NCBI GenBank assembly: GCA_964393165.1 | Contig: CAYMSU010000002.1 | Location: 1-49,766 of the forward strand | Direction: 5' to 3' | Source: an uncultured Enterobacteriaceae bacterium | GTDB lineage: Bacteria > Myxococcota_A > UBA796 > GCA-2862545 | DNA: 49,766 bases | Part shown: positions 45,992-49,766 of the stretch, piece by piece | Layout: each line of letters begins with the position of its first letter | Numbering within the stretch: position 1 is the stretch's first letter | Notes under the pieces: generated by a model | What the model was told of the DNA's origin: nothing | Database searches by the model: none | Seen by the model: only the letters and a program-made list of their open reading frames with translations | Made by a program: the position numbers and the translations under genes

Positions 45992-46818
45992 AGCGCGCTC
46001 AACAGATCGTTGGTGACCCGCTCGACCGTCTTCAGGTCCTCGCTCGCCAGCGGCTCGGGCTTGGTGGCGAGCCCGTGCAGGGTGCCCAGCGTGGACTTGA
46101 GCTGCAGCTCGACCGCGGCCGACGCCTCGGCCTCGGTCTCGACGTACTTCTGGAAGTACTCGACGACCTGCGGGACCTTGAGCAGCTTCGTGGCTGCCTC
46201 CTGGTGATCCTCGGCCTTCTGCAGGGCGCGGGCCACGAGATGCGACCCCTCGAGCCAGGAGCCCGCCGAGATCAGGGGCACGACCCACTCGACCCCGTTG
46301 AACTCGAGCTCCGGGATGACGACCCCGGACAGCTCGTCGAGCTCGACCAGCAGCTCGTCGCGCGTGACCGCCTCACTCTTCACGCGGGTCTTGATGTCGT
46401 CGATCGTGGCGGCGATGTCGCCGCCGCTGTCGAGCTGCTTCATGCCCGTCTTGATGCGGTCGAGCTGGCCGATCAGCACCTCGTTGGTCGACTTCTTCAC
46501 CGTGAGCAGCATGTCGGCGAGGACCACCCCGGTGCGCAGCGCCACTTGGCGCTTGTCGGAGCCCTCGGTCTTCAGCGTGCGGTCGGTGACCAGCTCGGAC
46601 AGCGACTGGTCGATGCCCGCCTTGCTCAGGGTCTCTTGCATCTCGGTCGGAGATGGCACCAGGCTCGAGCCCTCGGCCTCGGCCGGCGGGGGGGGCGGCG
46701 GCTCTTCCTCCTGCACGGCCTCCTCCGGCGCGACGGTGCGCGTGGAGGACTCCCCCCCGGAACAGGCAACCAGCAGCGCCACCAGGCTCCAGCGCGCGAG
46801 GCTCGTCGAATCGATCAT
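45988..46818 (-). CDS. lipoprotein, helical, unknown function
   Basis: 276 aa. LVALLVACSGG lipobox, Pro/Glu linker, then a helical body. Confidence 0.7.
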   Translation of the reverse strand: MIDSTSLARWSLVALLVACSGGESSTRTVAPEEAVQEEEPPPPPPAEAEGSSLVPSPTEMQETLSKAGIDQSLSELVTDRTLKTEGSDKRQVALRTGVVLADMLLTVKKSTNEVLIGQLDRIKTGMKQLDSGGDIAATIDDIKTRVKSEAVTRDELLVELDELSGVVIPELEFNGVEWVVPLISAGSWLEGSHLVARALQKAEDHQEAATKLLKVPQVVEYFQKYVETEAEASAAVELQLKSTLGTLHGLATKPEPLASEDLKTVERVTNDLLSAL

Positions 46819-46850
46819 CGTCGGACTCCTCTTTCCGTCGGCGAGCGAGC

Positions 46851-48281
46851 CTACTCGCTGGTGCCGTACGAAGCAACCGGCCCTTGCGCCCCCACGACCC
46901 GCACCTGGGCCGGCGCCTCGGTCTGGACGACCTCAGTGGCGCCGTACCCCGCCGCTGTCAGCATTTCGTCGATCGCTTGGGGGGATCGACGAATCATCGG
47001 CCAGCCCAGGAGCCGGTCGAGCAACACCTGGTCGTCGGCGGCCCCGATCGTGACCAGCACCACTGCACCGGTGGGCTTCAGCAGGCGGTGACAGGTCCGC
47101 AGCAGCGACACCGCCAAGGGCTCGGGGAGGTACTCGACCATGCTGTGCACCACGACGACATCCTGCTGCGGAAGCACGGGCACGGCGCGCCCCGTGGCGA
47201 AGGCCACCAGGTTCTCCTGCTCCTTGTGGAGCGCATAGCCCTCCGGGGGATCGGGCCACGTGACGCGCGACAGGGTCTCCTTGCTCTGGCCGAGGACCGT
47301 GGCCTCGGTGTGCGCCCCGCCGGGAGCCAGGTTCGCGAGAGCCTGTCCGATGATCTGGCGGCTCGCCGCGTTCACGAACAACAGCCGGCACCGCCCCGTG
47401 GCGGGGACGGTGGCGCGCACGGTGCTCGCCACGACGTCCCGAAGCTGGCGGAGGGCGCGGACCGTCGGTCGCTCGAGCAGCCACGCGTCGATCAGCCGGC
47501 CCAGATAGCCCTCGCCGGTCGGCTCTGCGTCGACCAGGTAGTCCAAGAGCTCGGCGGTTCCCACGACCCCCGGGGTGCGCCGGAGGGCGAGCTCCGCCAC
47601 GGCGGCGCGGACGAGGTAGGGGTGGAGCTCCCGCTGCAGGATCTGGGCCGCCTGGTGGGCCACGGCGGGCTCGGAGAGTGCGGCGAACAGCGACGACACG
47701 CTGTGCTGAAGGTGGTCGAGCATCTCGTGAACGGCCTGGTTGGTCTCCACATCGTCGGGGGACTCCCGGAGCGCCGTCTCGAGGGCCGCAAGCGAGCGCT
47801 TGAGGCGCGCCGCGACCTGGTCGACCGCGGCGACGTCGGCCTCTCCGAGGCCGTCGCCGGCTCCCGAGAGCGCCCCCACGGTGCTCTCGGTGAGGTTCCG
47901 GACGCGCTCGACGAGCAAGCGAGCGACGTACTCGTGAAAGCGCGCCGCGATGGCGGGAGCCGCGTCGAGCAGTGCCTGAAGGTCGTCGCGGTCCCACCGC
48001 AGCACCACCCCGTCGCTCGCCGCCCGAACGTCGGCGGACCGCGGCGCGCCGTCGAGGAACGCGACCTCGCCGACCATCGCGCCGGGTCCCAGCGTGGAGA
48101 AGACCACATCGGGCCCTCGCCGCCGGTCGATCGCCTCGAAGGTTCCCTCCTCGATCACGAAGAGGTCGCTTCCTGCGTCGCCCCGGCGGACCAGGTACTC
48201 CCCCGAGGCGTACGAGATCCGCCGCGCGACTTGCTCGAAGGTCAGGCGCTGTTCCGGGTCGAGGTGGTCGAGGAGGTTCAC
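46851..48281 (-). CDS. cyclic-nucleotide-binding domain protein fused to a class I SAM-dependent methyltransferase-like domain
   Basis: cNMP-binding: YLVRRGDAGSDLFVIEEGTFE ... LGPGAMVGEVAFLDGAPRSADVRAASDGVVLRW. C-terminus: VVVVHSMVEYLPEPLAVSLLRTCHRLLKPTGAVVLVTIG is methyltransferase-like. Confidence 0.8.
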   Translation of the reverse strand: MNLLDHLDPEQRLTFEQVARRISYASGEYLVRRGDAGSDLFVIEEGTFEAIDRRRGPDVVFSTLGPGAMVGEVAFLDGAPRSADVRAASDGVVLRWDRDDLQALLDAAPAIAARFHEYVARLLVERVRNLTESTVGALSGAGDGLGEADVAAVDQVAARLKRSLAALETALRESPDDVETNQAVHEMLDHLQHSVSSLFAALSEPAVAHQAAQILQRELHPYLVRAAVAELALRRTPGVVGTAELLDYLVDAEPTGEGYLGRLIDAWLLERPTVRALRQLRDVVASTVRATVPATGRCRLLFVNAASRQIIGQALANLAPGGAHTEATVLGQSKETLSRVTWPDPPEGYALHKEQENLVAFATGRAVPVLPQQDVVVVHSMVEYLPEPLAVSLLRTCHRLLKPTGAVVLVTIGAADDQVLLDRLLGWPMIRRSPQAIDEMLTAAGYGATEVVQTEAPAQVRVVGAQGPVASYGTSE

Positions 48282-48396
48282 TTCGGCACTCCCGAGGACG
48301 TGCAGACCGACGGCGCCAAGCCGGGGTCGGCCGTGGCGCAGCGTATGACGAGAAGTGGGGCGCAGGATACGGTCTGCGCCTGCAGGAGGTACCGAG

Positions 48397-48885
48397 ATGG
48401 CCGCTTACGACGCTCTGGACGCCCTGGTCGAGCGTCTGTCGCAGGCTTCGTGGAAGGAGCGGGACCCGATCAAGGAGGAGCTCAAGGCGGTCGCCGGCGC
48501 GTTCGACGTCCCCGGGCCGGTCATCGAGCACCTGGAAGACGCGAAGCGCAAGATGGACGACCTCGAGCTTCGCTGGGAGATCGACGAGGTCATCGAGGCG
48601 ATCCGGCCGCCCCCGCCGGCGCCTCCCGAGCCGGAGGAGCCCGACGCCGCGGAAGAGGAGGAGACGCCCCCGGGCCAGCTGTCGGCGTCCGACCTCCAGC
48701 TCGTCTACGACGATCCGCGAGGACTCGCGCTGCACAAGACCAAGGTCGGGGACCGGTGGTTCGCCACCCAGCGCAACCCTCAAACCGGTCAGCCGCAGAC
48801 GTTCGAGCTGCACCCCAACGACGTGCAGCAGCTCAAGCTGCAGCTCCAGGGGTCGCCCTACTGGGTGCTCGGCGCGGGGGTGTGA
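48397..48885 (+). CDS. cytoplasmic protein, unknown function (helical N-terminus, Pro/Glu linker, beta-rich C-terminus)
   Basis: ATG at 48397 is preceded by AGGAGG. 162 aa. High GC3. Confidence 0.65.
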   Translation: MAAYDALDALVERLSQASWKERDPIKEELKAVAGAFDVPGPVIEHLEDAKRKMDDLELRWEIDEVIEAIRPPPPAPPEPEEPDAAEEEETPPGQLSASDLQLVYDDPRGLALHKTKVGDRWFATQRNPQTGQPQTFELHPNDVQQLKLQLQGSPYWVLGAGV

Positions 48886-49736
48886 CCGTGCTGGCGCTTC
48901 TGATCGCGCCGCTCCTCGGGGGGTCGCTCGGGTGCTCCTCGAGCGTCTCCTGCGACCGCCCCGACCAGGTGCTCAGCACCACCGCAGGGCGTTCGCTCAC
49001 CTGCGGAGAGGCGCGGGCGGCGATCGACTACGTCGGGTTGCTGGCGGGTCGCCCGATGTCCCGGGGAGACCGCCGCATCGCGCTCCGAGCGCTCAAGGAC
49101 CGGTTCGAGGACGACCCCGAGGCCACCGAGGCGTGGCTCGGGGAGGTGGACGGCAAGCGCCGGTCGCTCGCTCGCATGAGCGGTCTCGTCGGGGCCGAGG
49201 CGCGGGCGAAGGCCGTACACCTCGCGCACGAGGGCCAGGGGCCGATCCGCTCGTCGCACGAGGCGTTGTTCGGTGCCCAGAAGCGCACGCTCCAGGTCTG
49301 GTCGTCCGATGAGGACGAGGATCTTGCGCTGTCCGAGGCCGACATCGAGGGATGGATCCGCTACGCGTCTCTGTGCCGAGAGGCACAGCAGGGCGGGCCT
49401 CTTCGGGTCAGTGTGGCGGATCGGGTCACGGTGTACCGGATGCTCCGCGAGCGCTTCGAGCGGGGCAGTCGCGAGGAGAAGATCGCACTCACCTCGATGG
49501 GGGCGTTCTGGCCGCGGGTGGCCGAGGCGTGGGCCGCGGCGCCCTACGATACGCAGCAGGAGTGGATCGGCAACGCGCCCCTGCCGGGACCGATGACTGC
49601 GACCTCCCTGGGCTACGCCGAGGCGATCTTCGATGGGGACATCCTGGCCCACGCACGCGTCCTCGGCGATGTGCTCGGGCCCTTCACGGTCGGCCCGGGC
49701 GAGCCGATAGCGACGGGGGAGGTGTCCGCGCCATGA
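48882..49736 (+). CDS. lipoprotein, unknown function
   Basis: GTG at 48882 overlaps the upstream stop (GTGA). (M)TVLALLIAPLLGGSLGCSSS lipobox. It is the only protein-like part of the listed 1027-aa ORF. Confidence 0.65.
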   Translation: MTVLALLIAPLLGGSLGCSSSVSCDRPDQVLSTTAGRSLTCGEARAAIDYVGLLAGRPMSRGDRRIALRALKDRFEDDPEATEAWLGEVDGKRRSLARMSGLVGAEARAKAVHLAHEGQGPIRSSHEALFGAQKRTLQVWSSDEDEDLALSEADIEGWIRYASLCREAQQGGPLRVSVADRVTVYRMLRERFERGSREEKIALTSMGAFWPRVAEAWAAAPYDTQQEWIGNAPLPGPMTATSLGYAEAIFDGDILAHARVLGDVLGPFTVGPGEPIATGEVSAP

Positions 49737-49766
49737 CGACCCCGTTCGATCCACCGGGGGATGCCG
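49733..49766 (+). CDS. start of a further gene (truncated by window end)
   Basis: The ATG at 49733 overlaps the upstream stop (ATGA). Only 11 codons are visible (MTTPFDPPGDA). Confidence 0.3.
   Translation, partial: MTTPFDPPGDA

Noticed and set aside
46653-48881. First ~740 codons of the listed 1027-aa plus-strand ORF
   Set aside because: Arg/Gly/Ala/Pro-rich sequence antisense to the cNMP-binding methyltransferase gene. It also overlaps 48397..48885 in another frame. Only the part from the GTG at 48882 (lipobox) looks like a protein.

Overview
High-GC, densely coding chromosomal segment. The gene content points to a myxobacterium-like deltaproteobacterium (inference): a CdnL/CarD regulator, several Ser/Thr kinases and FHA proteins, MopE-motif and thrombospondin-type-3 lipoproteins, and a Myxococcus-type LexA box. 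I call about 44 protein genes, one frameshifted gene, one 15-bp tandem repeat, two hairpin terminators and a few candidate operators. I saw no rRNA, tRNA, CRISPR array, transposase or integrase.

Layout:
- 1-1322: 3' end of a phage-tail-like (contractile injection system) baseplate operon.
- 1377-6913: envelope module with an active caspase-fold protease, a catalytically dead caspase-fold/NlpC-P60 fusion, a Cys-rich anchored protein and a polytopic membrane protein.
- 7121-10778: SRPBCC protein, an RNB ribonuclease with an atypical N-terminus, and a frameshifted beta-barrel gene.
- 10886-16081: divergent Ser/Thr kinases (one fused to an FGE-sulfatase domain), a PIMT-like methyltransferase and an Fe-S/CCG oxidoreductase.
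- 16089-18092: cysS and cdnL.
- 18361-21174: two lipoproteins.
- 21306-25591: sigma-70 family factor followed by a LexA-box-preceded stand-alone dnaE2.
- 25795-29790: Ca-binding repeat lipoprotein, a strong terminator, a ~500-bp non-coding gap with DnaA-box-like motifs, and two hypothetical envelope proteins.
- 29962-30456: small LexA/UmuD-fold protein lacking the catalytic dyad and ending in a consensus beta-clamp motif.
- 30476-48281: 18-kb minus-strand block holding BtpA, an ion transporter, lipoproteins, an FHA-GAF-adenylate cyclase, etfAB, a TetR regulator, fsa, folK, a TerB-FHA-ABCG transporter cluster and a cNMP-binding methyltransferase.
- 48397-49766: plus-strand operon with overlapping stop/start codons.

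The three most interesting items:
1. A possible split SOS mutagenesis set: the LexA box plus orphan dnaE2, and the non-cleavable S24-like protein with a C-terminal QLSLF.
2. The caspase/pseudo-caspase envelope module next to the tail-like locus.
3. The intergenic DnaA-box-like cluster.

All functional calls come from motif recognition by eye; no searches were run.
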